Of a DNA stretch of 64,000 bases, positions 37,661 through 53,776 are shown one piece after another. The position numbers were made by a program, and so were the translations under genes. The number at the start of each line of letters is the position of its first letter. The stretch's first letter is position 1. This DNA is from Octopus sinensis (taxonomy: Eukaryota). The notes beneath the pieces are model-generated. The model had not been told where the DNA came from. It was given only the letters and a program-made list of their open reading frames with translations, and did no database searches. The stretch covers positions 142,352,001 to 142,416,000 of the forward strand of contig NC_042997.1 in the NCBI RefSeq assembly GCF_006345805.1, given 5' to 3'.

Positions 37661-38056
37661 TCTCTCTCTATATATATATAAAGCTGAAGTTGTCTATGTA
37701 TGGCAGGTTTGGTAGCCATCAACTAACACTATCTCCTCCGAGACCCTGCAGCGCAAGTTGACCAAAATTGAGAGTATGATAGAAGAAGGCTTGCTATTCC
37801 TTATGTAGAAGAAAAAATTCAAATCGGACCATGTTAACACCAAAAATTATTTACATCAAAAAGGTGCTTTTTTTCTTTGAAAATCCCTATTTTTTACGAT
37901 TTTTTGACTGCTGTGTCACCATTTTTCGGTGTCTTTCAACCAGAAAAATGTTCACTTAGAGAATAACAAGCTACATAATGCAAAACTTTTACTTTTCAAA
38001 AATTCCAATTCTAAAGGGTTGAAACAAACCCGAGTAATACCGGGCAGTGCTGCTAG
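37661..38056 (+). mobile_element. Non-autonomous Helitron (~396 bp)
   Basis: A|TC(tc)n-tatatatataaagc start; 3' hairpin cccg-agtaatac-cggg followed by CTAG|T; no TIR or TSD. Confidence 0.85.
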
Positions 38057-39209
38057 TTTTTAAATAAATTGCTCTGATGGTCTGGTTAATCAAACTATGT
38101 ATTGGTTATCCTTCTGCTTTTCCCCACTTTCATCAATTCCCCTCTAGTCTGCTGATTTGCTGCTATACTCTAAATCTATCTAATACAAAGCTATATCTTT
38201 GCCTCTGTTGAAATCCATTATATCTTTACTGTTTTGATTTATCATTTTATTTATTCTCTCCCTGCACTTCTACATTCTATGTTATTATTGTTTACTCTCT
38301 CTTTCCCCCTCCCTCCCAATACCTACTCTCCTGATAACTTTATTAATATGCAATCATTTATAAGTTTGCTCTCTCAGAAGAGAAGGTAGTTGCTATAGCC
38401 TTAATGAATGTATCTCGTCTAGTGGCTCGAATTACTACAGATCACAAATGGTAAGTTTAGAGTTGAAGGGGACAGCTGAGCCCAGTAAAACAATTACTCT
38501 AGTGATGGTATCCTGATAAAACATTATGGGTACCATTTTTATGGCAGTTACTCTCTAGAAGACTAAACAAGTGATTAAAATCATCCATCAAACTCTGCAA
38601 TCCCAAAGTGTTTTGCCTATAGCCATCTTGCAATAGTACAGTCAAAGAACACTGCACATACTTCTTGGAGGGTGTCCCCTATCATGGCAATGTTTATAAG
38701 GCTACCATAACAAAAAGGGATGTCATCACACAGCAGTCAAACTGTCCTACCTTCCTACCAATGTACTGATTCTTCTCTAGCATCTTTTTGTAATCACCTT
38801 ATCCACCATTCTTCAACCAACATAATTGTGTTGACAGCAAATCCATGGTAAAAGCCTTGATATTAGCTGGCTGCTTTGCCTTCAACTCTATACTGCATGC
38901 ATTTACAATTCCTTCCAAATTCTTCTCTCCACACTCTAGCTTCACCATCATGTATACATAGTTGCTTAGTTTGAAAACGCCTAATTACTCCAAACCAGTA
39001 AAATAATAGCTGTCAACAGTATTCCTTTGATAACCCTCAAACAATATTTCTCTTACTACAAGAATCTTCTTATACTTCTTATCTTTTGCAATAACACTTG
39101 TAAATATCATCTCTTTTTTTCCACACATCAAAAGCATAGCAGGTAGAAATGTGCTTACATTCTTATATATCCTTTTACAGCTGGGCTTTCTAACTTCTAA
39201 ATTTATTAG

Positions 39210-39620
39210 GTGCAGGCATGGACATGTGATTAAGAAGTTTCCTTCCAACCAATGCTTCTGGATTCAGTCCCACTGCATAACACCTTGAGCAAGTGTCTTT
39301 TACTATAGCACTGAGCTGGCCAAAATCGTAAAAGTGAATTTGGTAGATGGAAACTGAAAGAAGAAAACTTCCCTGTGTGTGTGTTCTTGCCTTTACATTG
39401 TGTGATAGTTGTAGATGAGTATCACTGCTATACATGTAGGGTTATTCATTTCCAGTATTTTGTGTAAACATGTCTGACCATGGGGAAATATTACTTTGCT
39501 TGAAACAGGTGATCATTGGTGAGAGGAAGTGCATCTGGCTGTAAAAAAATCTGCCTGAACAAATTCCATCTGACCCATGCAAGTATGGAAAAGTGTACAT
39601 TAAAATGATGATGATTGATA
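39210..39620 (+). mobile_element. SINE family A head fused to an RTE-type tail
   Basis: gcaggcatggacatgtgattaagaag head, ggtagatggaaactgaaag body, and ggaagtgcatctggctgtaaaaa...ttaaaatgatgatgat tail. Confidence 0.7.
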
Positions 39621-40289
39621 TGGTGTACTTCAATCCTGAATTAGGCTGTATTATACATAAAAATATGCATGCACACATTTGCAAGTGAAAAGAGAGTATG
39701 CTCTCATGTTCCCATTGAAAAAATGTTTGCAAGGTCATTCTCTCACAGATAATGGCTTTGTAATATTTAAATTTATTTCACTCCTGGTTTGCACTGTATT
39801 GTGTATTAAACACACACCCACACACAAACAATTATTAGTCGGAAAAAAGAGACTATACTCTCATGTTCCTTTTTAAAAATGTTCACAGCAAATCACTTTC
39901 TAATATTAAAGATTTATTTCTGTCCTTCTGAATCATGCCTTGTTATATATAAAATATATATTGTTTAATTAAGGATGAGTCATCAAAAGCACAAATATGA
40001 AAGTAAGCTATCCAAACTAGTCATAACTTAACTTATGACTGTTTTGTATAATATGTGAATGTTCTATACGATTGATTGGAGGTTGGACACATCTTCTCAG
40101 AGGAACAGTTAACAAGATGTGAAACAATTGGGAGACTCCCTCTTTTTTCTGAATATCAAAAGCATACAAGAAATATGTTGACATTTTTATGTACACTTTC
40201 AAAGCTAAACATTCTGACACACACACACACACAACTAGTATTTAGGCATGGAAGAGATAGTAACATATGTGTGTGTACATATATATATA

Positions 40290-40800
40290 TTAGGTTGAGG
40301 AAAAAGTTCATGCACTGTGTTAAAATAATGCTTTTTTATATGATGCAACTTGATCGGGTTTACGATGCACAGGTTGAAAAGTACCCAAGATTTGTTTGTC
40401 AAAAATGTGCTTTGTTTCAACAAGACAATGCAAAGCTGCATACCGCCGGAACAACCAGCAATAAGATTGAAGAATTGGACAGTGTGGAAGTTCTGCCACA
40501 TCCAGTCTATAGTCCAGATGTTGCTCCATCTGACTATGGTCTCTTCCAGTCAATGCAGCACTTTATGAAAGGTTGCCGATTTGAGTCATTCGATGAAGAT
40601 GAAGAAGCCTGTCAAGAATTTTTCAACTCAAAGCCAAAGGATTGGTACTTTAAGCAAATCTGAAAGCATGCAGATCACTAGCAGAAGGTTGTGGAAAATG
40701 ATGGTCTTCATTTTGAAGAATAGTTGTTTTTGAATAAATTCTTGCATAAAAAAATCAATCATTATTTTAACATAGCACACAGACTTTTTCCTCAACCTAG
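40290..40800 (+). mobile_element. Internally deleted mariner (511 bp)
   Basis: TIRs ttaggttgaggaaaaagt / actttttcctcaacctag; TA flanks; retains FQQDNAKLHTA...PHPVYSPDVAPSDYGLF...KPKDWYFKQI. Confidence 0.92.
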
Positions 40801-42569
40801 TATTATATATATATTACTATCTCTTCCATACCAAAGTTCTAGTTTTATTGCCTGCAACCTACCCTCTTTTGTTTTCCCTTTAAAGCATCTTGTCTGCTAA
40901 ACAATCTCATTGGTCATTTGACTTAGCTTTTTCCAATTAGCATTTTACTGTGGCCAAATTAGTGAGTCATTCAATCTTCTCCCTGTAATGACATAACAAA
41001 CCACAGGTTACTGGACCTGAGGATTAGCTGAACTGTTTTTGTATGTGTTACGAGTTATGTAAGACAAAAAGTTTAGCTTTGAAATATATGTAGTCTTTAT
41101 TTACCTTTTCTATTCTTTACATTCTTTGATTTATATATATATATGCATATTAATTACTGATTGATGTGGTGGGGGTAAACCAGCATATGCTGTTGGACCC
41201 GCTGTTGATGTCGGTGGTTGCATTCTATGCCTTGACTTGAGCATAGAATGGGGCTCACCCCTTTGAGCTGGGAAGTGACTGGAATTCCTGGTGTGTGTGT
41301 CTTGCTGTGGCCACCCCTCTCCTAAAAAAATGGTGAATGGGCCTGAGTATATATATATATATGTATTAATTGCTGATATGATAAATAGCAAGATTTTAAT
41401 ACTGTAATTGCTTTATAAAGGAAATCTGTTGTAGTCGTACAACTTTTAGCTGATATTGTAAATGTATTAAGAAGGCAGTTAGCAGAAAAATGAAATATGT
41501 GAAGGACAAGTTTTAACAAATATTTCATTCGTTTAATATTTACTGTTTATGTAATTTAACATACAAGACTACTGTGAACAAATGCCTGTACAGTCTTTCT
41601 ATGGACAGATAACTGAAAGCTTTTATGGTTCGCAATATGCGTCCCAAATAAGACCAAAACTGGTTGGAGTGATACTTCTTTTTCTGCCCATTGATTCTAT
41701 AGATTTTTATTGACATTTATATTTATTTACCCAGTGCATCAAATTACACACTCAGTGTCAGCTAAAAGTTGAACTACTAAAATAGATATGCTCTATAGTA
41801 CAATTACAATGTATGTGTGTGTGTGTGTGTGTGTGTTTAATTTCCATTATGATCAACCACTTTTTTATCCAACTACATACCATTATTTTGAAAAGTAATT
41901 ACCCAATCAGCTTTCAATATTTATTTGATGAGTTGGTAATTATGAATACTGATAAGTACTTATAAATTAAAGTTTTTTGTGTTGCTCTGAAAATTCATGA
42001 CTATCTAATGAATGGTTACACAAAACTCTGAGTAACAGTTTGTGAAGTGTTTTTTAACTTTGACAAAATAGCATGTATATGTGTGCGCGCGTGTGTGTGT
42101 GTATTCATACACTCATTCATACACACACATGTGTAGGTAAACATACATGTGAAGGAATTTATTAACTTCATCAAGCAATTTATCTCATATTAGAAATACT
42201 TATTCAGAGAATAATAGCTTAAACAGCTGTGTCTCCTAAGAATATTCCTTAGGCAAACTCAATATGAGATTGTCTGGCAAGTTTGGGCTGCCAAATCACA
42301 AGCACAGTCCACCTGTTGGATTCCATACACTTTCCATTTCCCTCACAAGGCTTGGTTTCACCTAAGATTATGGTAGGAAAGATTTACTCCAGGTGCCACA
42401 TAGAAAGATGGAAACTGCAAGTAGTTGATTGCAAGCTGAACTTTTTTACAACACAGGCAGATGCTCAAATACATACATATATACATACATATAAACATAC
42501 ACACATATGTACATACATATGTACACATGCATGCACACTCCTGATGAGGAAATGCTGAACTGGAGCTTA

Positions 42570-43110
42570 GAAAGGATGTGAAGTATTGCAAAACATATTG
42601 TTACTTAGGAAACATGTTCAATGGTGAAGGTGGATTGGACATGGTGATGGTGGCTAAACTGAAACGAAATCCTAGGAATTGAGTTGCATACTAAGAAGAG
42701 TGTTGTTCAGACTGAAAGGAAAGGTGTGTTGTGTATCTGTGTGAGTAGAGCTATGATTTATAGCATTGAATGTGGAATAACGGAGAAGGCTGGAAAGAAT
42801 GGAAATGAGAATGTGTCAGAGAATGAGCAGTGGATTATTGACAAAGAGAAAGACAAACGATGATAATATGGAGAATGATGAAAATATAGCCAGAAATAGA
42901 TACTATGAAGAGAAATGGGATGAAATGGCTAAATCATGTGCTGCAGAAGAATGGCAGTGACTGGAGGAGTGGAGTAATGAAAATGAACATGGAAAGGGGT
43001 AGAGGGAGAAAAAGACTGAGAAAGCTGTGAGTAAAGAAGAGGAGGGCAAAGAGGATGTAGAAGATAGGGCAAAATGAAGATGATTCTTGGGACCCACAAT
43101 GCTAACCTTT
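42570..43110 (+). pseudogene. Highly decayed RTE-clade reverse transcriptase C-terminal fragment
   Basis: Broken frames give YCYLGNMFNGEGG, RLERMEMRMCQRMS and MKWLNHVLQ...ERGRGRKR, matching RTE YLG / LRWFGHV / GRGRP motifs. Confidence 0.65.
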
Positions 43111-43434
43111 GTTTTAGCAAGGAAAATGGACTTGGAATGCTTGTACTTTTTTTGCTTCCATTTTTGTAAACTCATATACACGAGATCTTCGCAATGTAAC
43201 CTGCTGGCTATAAATTGTTTTCAACGCTTTTGTTTTGAATTTCCTGGTGTCAATTTAGTCTTGGTGAGCTAGTCAGGATGCTTCTATATAATCAAGGATT
43301 TTTAAAATTTAACAGCAGTATTTCCCTAATCAAACCACTTGGAATATTTCAAACAAGAACTTCAAGTCTTAAATTTGAAGAACATGTCTACTCTTACATA
43401 TAAGATACATTACTATCTCCCCTCACATACATAT

Positions 43435-43588
<154 letters not shown>

Positions 43589-43737
43589 CTTTCATGCATC
43601 CTCTAATGAAAAGAGACAAGCTTTTCTTTGCTAATTAAATCACATGCCATTTACTTATTGGAAATACTCATTACTCTCCTAAACAACCTCATATTTATTA
43701 GTTTCTTTTACTACTACTACTACAACTGCTGCTGCTG

Positions 43738-43776
<39 letters not shown>

Positions 43777-44112
43777 TTTGTTTTGAACATCACGAATATA
43801 TTATTTGCAATGAGAAAACTCAAGTAAATTGCCACAACTTGGTTCTGGAAAGCGAATCACATCTTATACACATAATTTTATGTGAATAAGAAATAAAAGC
43901 TTGGTGAATTTTTAATATTTTTTTCATGTAGAAAATTGAGTAACAATTAGGCTATAAATACATAATACTGTATCAAAATACTTGACTTGTTATAAGGGAT
44001 CCCTTTGTATATATCTACTTATTACCTATGTGTTTATACAACAAAAGATAATCAGTGTTAATAGTTGGTGGAGGTTTGTTTTCCATAGGTCTGCAAATGA
44101 GATTTGTATACA

Positions 44113-44123
44113 TGAGTGTGTGT

Positions 44124-44177
<54 letters not shown>

Positions 44178-44285
44178 TTATGCATATGTTTGTATGTGTG
44201 TGTGTGTGTGTGTTTATGCATATGTTTGTATGTGTGTGTGTGTGTGTGTTTATGCATATGTTTGTATGTGCATGTGTGTGTTTGT
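44113..44285. repeat. Compound microsatellite with a ~34-bp higher-order unit, 3 copies
   Basis: (tg)n-tttatgcatatgtttgta repeated three times. Confidence 0.9.
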
Positions 44286-44850
44286 TTCCTACCACCAATG
44301 TTTAACAACGGGTATTAACTTGATTATATCACTGTCACTTAGTTACAGGGTTGTAAAACAACCTAATAAGTTTTTTAAAAAAAATAAGCTCTAAGGTCAA
44401 CTTCTTCAAGTAAACATTTCAAAGCAGTGCCCTAGCATGGTTGCAGTCCAAAGACAAAAACAAATGAAAGAAGATAGAAAATTTTACTACTGATGCATAT
44501 GTTGCTCTGTATAAACAAACATGAATTTATTGATTTACTTGGGTTATTTGCATTAACATATTTATGGTGTGAGAAAATTGGGAAGTTTCCTGCCTTCCAG
44601 ATAATTAAATTGCAATTACTGTGAAATAAAATAAGACACTATTATAAATATAAAGAATAAAAGAACAAAAAGATCATCTCAGTTGAATGTTATTAAATTA
44701 ACATAAAATTTTAATACTTTCAAAATATTTAAAATTGAAACCGCCAATGAGTGGTAAGGTACAAAGCTACAAGCCTTTTTATCCAGTGATTGGAAAGATA
44801 ATGATTAAGACTATTTGATAAATGATTAAGGCAGTGAGCTGGCAGAATTT

Positions 44851-45250
44851 GATTCTTTATTGCCCACAAGGGGCTAAACATAGAGGGGACAAACAAGGAC
44901 AGACAAATGGAATAAGTCGATTACATCGACCCCAGTGCGTAACTGGTACTTATTTAATCAATCCCGAAAGGATGAAAGGCAAAGTTAACCTCGGTGAAAT
45001 TTGAACTCAGCACGTAGCGGCAGACAAAATACCTATTTCTATTTCTTTACTACCTAACACAGAGAGGACAAACAAGGACAGACAAACAGATTAAGTCGAT
45101 TATATCGACCCCAGTGCGTAACTGGTACTTATTTAATCGACCCCGAAAGGATGAAAGGCAAAGTTAACCTCGGCAGAATTTGAACTCTGAACGTAGTGGC
45201 AACCAAAATACCATTAAGCATTTCACCCAGTGTACTAACGATTATACCAG
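44851..45250 (-). mobile_element. SINE family B, dimeric, inserted in an oppositely oriented family B copy
   Basis: Two minus-strand cores. The plus-strand head aaggcagtgagctggcagaatt (44828-44850) resumes at 45864 (catgccaggcaaaatgctt). Confidence 0.8.
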
Positions 45251-45609
45251 CAGTGCTGGATTAACCATTAAGCAAAGCAAGCACGTGCTTAAAGCATCAA
45301 GGTAAGTGGATACTACAGAAATGGTAAATAGTTTACAATACAAAAAAAATCACTTTAAACTTGCTAAAATAATATTCGAGGTACCTTACCTCTACTAAGT
45401 ATAGAAGCAGATGTGTTTCATCAGATTAATTTTCAGGAGCTAATCAAAGACTGCAATTAAAAAAAAAGTGGGAGAAAACTTTTCAAATATAAGCGAAGTG
45501 GAAGTAAACAAAAATAAACATTATTTTCCATCTTACTGTTAGTTTCGATTCATTTTGAAAAATAAAAATTTATATTATGTTTTATTATATTGTTTATATT
45601 TTGAATTCC

Positions 45610-45640
<31 letters not shown>

Positions 45641-45863
45641 TATTCGAGACAAAACCACTATTTTGCAAAACAAACAAGGAAAGACTTAATCAATACATAA
45701 AATTTTAATAAATAGTCAAAAAAAACCGCCACTACAATCGTTTCTTGTCTTGATCGACAATCTTCAGGTGGACTTCCAATAATTCAGTGTCAAATTATAT
45801 ATATATGGAGGCACCAAAATCTTTTAAGTGCGTAGGGCCTCTCTGGATCTTAATCCAGCTCTG
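45251..45863. mobile_element. hAT-type MITE
   Basis: TIRs cagtgctggattaa / ttaatccagctctg (13/14); 8-bp flanks tataccag / catgccag (6/8). Confidence 0.7.
45729..45771 (-). ncRNA. Minimal type I hammerhead ribozyme
   Basis: Minus strand ccac-CTGAAGA-ttgtc/gatcaa/gacaa-GAAA-cgattg-TA-gtgg. Helices I and II pair perfectly and the core is complete. Confidence 0.8.
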
Positions 45864-46102
45864 CATGCCAGGCAAAATGCTTGACAGCATTTCATCCATC
45901 TTCATGTTCTGAGTTTAGATTCCACCAAAGTGGACTTTGCTTTTCATCCTTTTGGGGTCAGTGTAATAAGTACCAGTTGTGTACTGGGACTTGATGTTAT
46001 CATCTTACCCTCTGCCCCCAAATTCCTGCCCTTGTGTCAAAATTTGAAATCAGTATTTGAGAATAATATCGAGACCACCACTGCCACTCCCCCTGCCCAT
46101 CT

Positions 46103-46254
46103 CTTCTTCTTCTTCTTCTTCTTTCTTCTTCTTCTTCTTCTTCTTCTTATTCTTCTTCTTCTTCTTCTTATTCTTCTTCTTTCTTCTTCTTCTTCTTCTT
46201 CTCTTCTTTCTTCTTCTTCTTCTTCTTCTTCTTCTTATTCTTCTTCTTCTTCTT

Positions 46255-46316
<62 letters not shown>
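46103..46316. repeat. (TTC)n followed by (TTA)n microsatellite
   Basis: Direct inspection. Confidence 0.97.
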
Positions 46317-48580
46317 AATTCAGAAGTGATACTTATTTCATTGTTTCACAATTACAGTGATAAAGTGTTCTGTTCTCTTCACATGCTTTAGTCTATTTTG
46401 TATTTAAAACTTCAGTGGTAATTTATACAGAGTTTCAGACTTCCCAGAGTACAGGCAAAGGATAAGGTTTGTGGAGATTAGGAAACAACAGAAGAAACAA
46501 ATAAAGATTAATGCTATCATTACCATAATGAAACTATTGTCATTGGGAAAGCCACAAATATTTGTAACCTTATAACTTTGTCTCCTAAAAACTAAGGCAA
46601 TGCTTAAAATTTAAAAAAAAATATATTGAGAAACTGAACTTTTCTGTTTTCCTCTATATATACCATCCATCATCATCTATCTATCCATCCATTCATACAT
46701 ATATGCATATATATATATATATAAATGTTATGTTATAATTGAAGGATTACATTAAATTAAAGGATTACTCAAATACGTTTGGTGAAATACAAATTTATTA
46801 TTCTTTAACTGTCGATATTATTCTTGTTTAAGAATTGTATGTGTATGTGTGTACATAAAAATATGCCTGTGTGGTAAGAATTTTGCTTCCCAACCACATA
46901 ATTTCAGGATCAGTCCCATGGCTTGCCACCTTCTCCCATTCCCTGGATCAACTAAAAGCTTGTGAGTCAATTTTGTAGATGGAAACTGAAAGTATTTGTG
47001 TATGTATGTATGTTTGTGTGTATGACATTATTCAGTTTATTTCAAGATTTTTTGCCAATAGAGAAAGAACCGGCTTCTGACCTAGATCCAAGGTTCCTTC
47101 ATTGAAATTTCAACATCAACAACAGGGTATTTTTGTTTGTTTGTATGTATGTATGTGCGTGCAGATTTGTATGTTTTAAGTATGTATTCTCATGCATATA
47201 GTTACATATCCTGACATGCTCATATATATTTAAATGATAAACTTCTGGAAAGTTTTACAGATTTTTACAGTTCCAGTGATGGATTGGATCTCTAGTCTTT
47301 TAAGTATGTATGTACATGTTTGTGTGTGTTTGTGGCATGAACATCTGTGTGTGTTACTGTCTCTTTGTCTTAATAATTGTAAATGAGTGTCGCTGTTATA
47401 CAGCAGTGTCGTTCATTTACAAACATCTGTGAAAACATATCTGGTCATGAGGAAATATTACTGTATTTGAGGGTTGGTGACAGGAAGGACATCCATCCAC
47501 CTCAAGAAATTCCATCCAACCCATGCCAGCATAGAAAAGTGGACGTTAGAACAATAATAATGGTAATATACATCATCAACAATTAAATACTGACTTCCAT
47601 ATTTTCTTAATAATTGCACTTGATTTTATAGTATTCATATTTTCAATAATTGGTTTATGTAAATATTACATTTGCTTTCAAAATATATATTTTGCTCAGC
47701 TCAACAACTAAAAATATTTTCTTAGAACTATTTTTTGATTCAATTTCTTCTAATTGTATGAAATTTTTTTATGTTTCTGAGAAGTTTTGAGAGCAAATTT
47801 TTTAGTTTTTATTATTATTTTTTTAAAAATTCTATATACATACAATTGCTTGTTGATGATCATTGATTCTTTCTCTCATCACTATTTTTTCTTTCTTTGA
47901 AATAGATGATATATATCTCTTCTGACAAATGCTCTTTGACAACTATTGATTTCATATCAACATATTGATGAAATCAATTCCTAATCTTTACCATTCTCAC
48001 TTCATTCTCTCAATTCCTCTCAATTGAATGCAGGCTCTTAAGCTGTCAGATATCTTAAAGATTTCCTCTAAGCATTTGAGTTATTGATTTCAACCGATGT
48101 CAACAAATTTTGTTACGGCAATATACTAATGATGGTTGTAATACTTTTGAAATATTAAAAGTGTTGGTTGGTGGGGAAGTTTGTCAAGAAAATTTTATTG
48201 TAATGTTAATGCAGTTTTTACTGTACATAGCTGTGCATCTTTCTGTATTGCAGGAAATATGTAGATTTAAAATATTTCCTATTGTTCTGTTAGATCATTT
48301 TGCTTAGATAAAGCATAAATGACCTATTTCTTTTAAAGAATGATAAAAATATAAAATAGATTATAACAAAAAAATGACTGAGGTTAAGGATTTGTATCAT
48401 AAATTTTCACTGGAATAACGTATGTGAATGCATTCAAATGGTATCATTTAACAAAAATGACTGCTGCTTTTATCAAACAGAGATGGATTTAGGCATATTC
48501 TGTTGTCTAATCATGCATGTTAACCATTACAATATTTATACATTGCATATTCATAGATACACATGTGCACATACATACAT

Positions 48581-48618
<38 letters not shown>

Positions 48619-49867
48619 CTTTGTCAATGCTTACTGGCCACTTTTTTATGCTTGCATGGGTCAGACAGAACTTGTTGAGGTAGATTTTTTATGACTTGAT
48701 ACCCTACCTGTCGCTAACCTTTACCTGTTTCCAAGCAGGGTAATATTTCCCCATGATCAGACATGTTTTTCACAGAAGACTGGAAACAAAAAAAATGCTA
48801 TTTGTTTGATAATAACACTTATTTACAATAATCACATGATGTCAAGACAAGGATTTCCATCGACCAAATTTCCTCACCCACTTTTATAAAACAATGTTGT
48901 TTTTGCTTCTTTCAAAGTATCTTGTATTTAGTCAGAATTCAAGTTGTTCTGATAGAGTATTTTCAGAGGACTAGCAGTCTGTTCCTAAAATCTGATTTTG
49001 CCAGGCTTTATTTAATAGAACAGAAAGATCATTCAGTTCTAGAGCCAAGTTTGTGTGAAAATAACTTATTAATTTGATTATGATCTGTTTTATATGTATT
49101 AAGATCAAATAAGACAATTGAGTGCAACTGTTTAGATGCTGACGATTTGGCATGGTCGACTGGATTTTCAGTCATTTTTTATGATAGTATGTTTGGTGCT
49201 AGAGGCAAGCATGCACATGCACACATACACACACACACACACAGATAGAAAGAGTGGGTGAGAGAGAGACATTACAATTTACTTATTGAATATAAATAAC
49301 ATAAACAATTTCCTTCTCATCATATGTATAAAAAGAAATATGTTCACACACATAAACATAGAAGAGAGAGAGAGAAGGAAAGTGAAGAAGAGAAATATTG
49401 AAATGAAAGAAACATAAACATGCGATGTCAAATAAGTCAGCATCGATTCAGTGATGCCAGATAGTGTCAAAACAGCAAGGCCAAAATGTCTTGTACATGT
49501 ATTAAGATGGTGTAAGAAATTATTGTCTGGCAAAATATATTAGGCTGTTCAATATGTTGATTTTTCTGTGGGAAAAGATGCTTTCGTATTGCTCTCTAAC
49601 AAGAAAGAAAACCCCATGTAGAAGAGTTCGTGTATGGGTGATTGTCACATTGAAGTGGATTTATTTTTGAATTCAACACTAGAGACTCATGTGCATATTA
49701 CAAGAAAGCTTTTGGATGTGACATTATCCGCTTAGCCATATCTCTTTGATATTTCTTCTTCATAGGAACCTACTGGAGCAGCTTCAATGGTTTATATTTT
49801 AATCTTCTTTTATAATATTCTCTATGTATAAATAAAACAATATATATATACATACATACATACATAT

Positions 49868-49910
<43 letters not shown>

Positions 49911-50070
49911 GAGAGAGAGAGAGATAGATAGATATATAGATAGATAGATACACATGTGTGTGCATGCACGTGTATGTATAGGACTAAAAAATGAACAGTG
50001 TTTATGTATACACATACATATATGTGCATATATGCCTAAATGTATATACATATATACACACATGCATCTG

Positions 50071-53081
<3,011 letters not shown>

Positions 53082-53084
53082 TTG

Positions 53085-53540
53085 TATCTTTGTGGTACCA
53101 GTGCCGGTGGCACACAAGAAAACCATCCGAACATGGCCGTAGCCAGTACCGCATTGACTGGCCTCCGTGCTGTGGGCACGTAACAAACACCATCCGATCG
53201 TGGCCGTTTGCCAGCCTCATCTGGCACCTGTGTCGGTGGCACATAAAAACACCATCCGAGCGTGGCCGTCTGCCAGCCTCGTCTGGCACCTGTGTCGGTG
53301 GCACATAAAAAACACCATCCGAGCGTGGCCGTTTGCCAGCCTCGTCTGGCACCTGTGTCGGTGGCACATAAAATCACCCACTACACTCTCGGAGTGGTTG
53401 GCGTTAGGAAGGGCATCCAGCTGTAGAAACACTGCCAGATCTGACTGGACTGGTGCAGCCTTTGGGCTCCCCAGACCCCAGTTGAACCGTCCAACCCATG
53501 CTAGCATGGAAAGCGGACGTTAAATGATGATGATGATGAT
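53085..53540 (+). mobile_element. RTE-type 3' end element with five ~61-bp internal modules
   Basis: Repeated aaaacaccatccgagcgtggccgt-tgccagcctc-tctggcacctgtgtcggtggcacat, then the core and (GAT)n tail. Two-module versions at 51267-51563 and 52747-53043. Confidence 0.9.
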
Positions 53541-53739
53541 ATCTTTTAAAATGAAGTTTTGGTTAACCTAAATAAAACAATACAAAACTCTTGTATATAT
53601 CAAAGTTGAACAATCAGTAACTACATACACACTTTTGAAATTTTTGTTCCCAAAATGTTTTTTTTTTAACTTGACTGAAATAAAAAAAGTATATACAATT
53701 CTTATTTCTTCAAAAATCAATCTACTTTTCTTTTAGCTT

Positions 53740-53776
<37 letters not shown>

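Noticed and set aside
42541-42552. CTGATGA immediately followed by GGAAA
   Set aside because: No helix II, III or I can form; likely chance.
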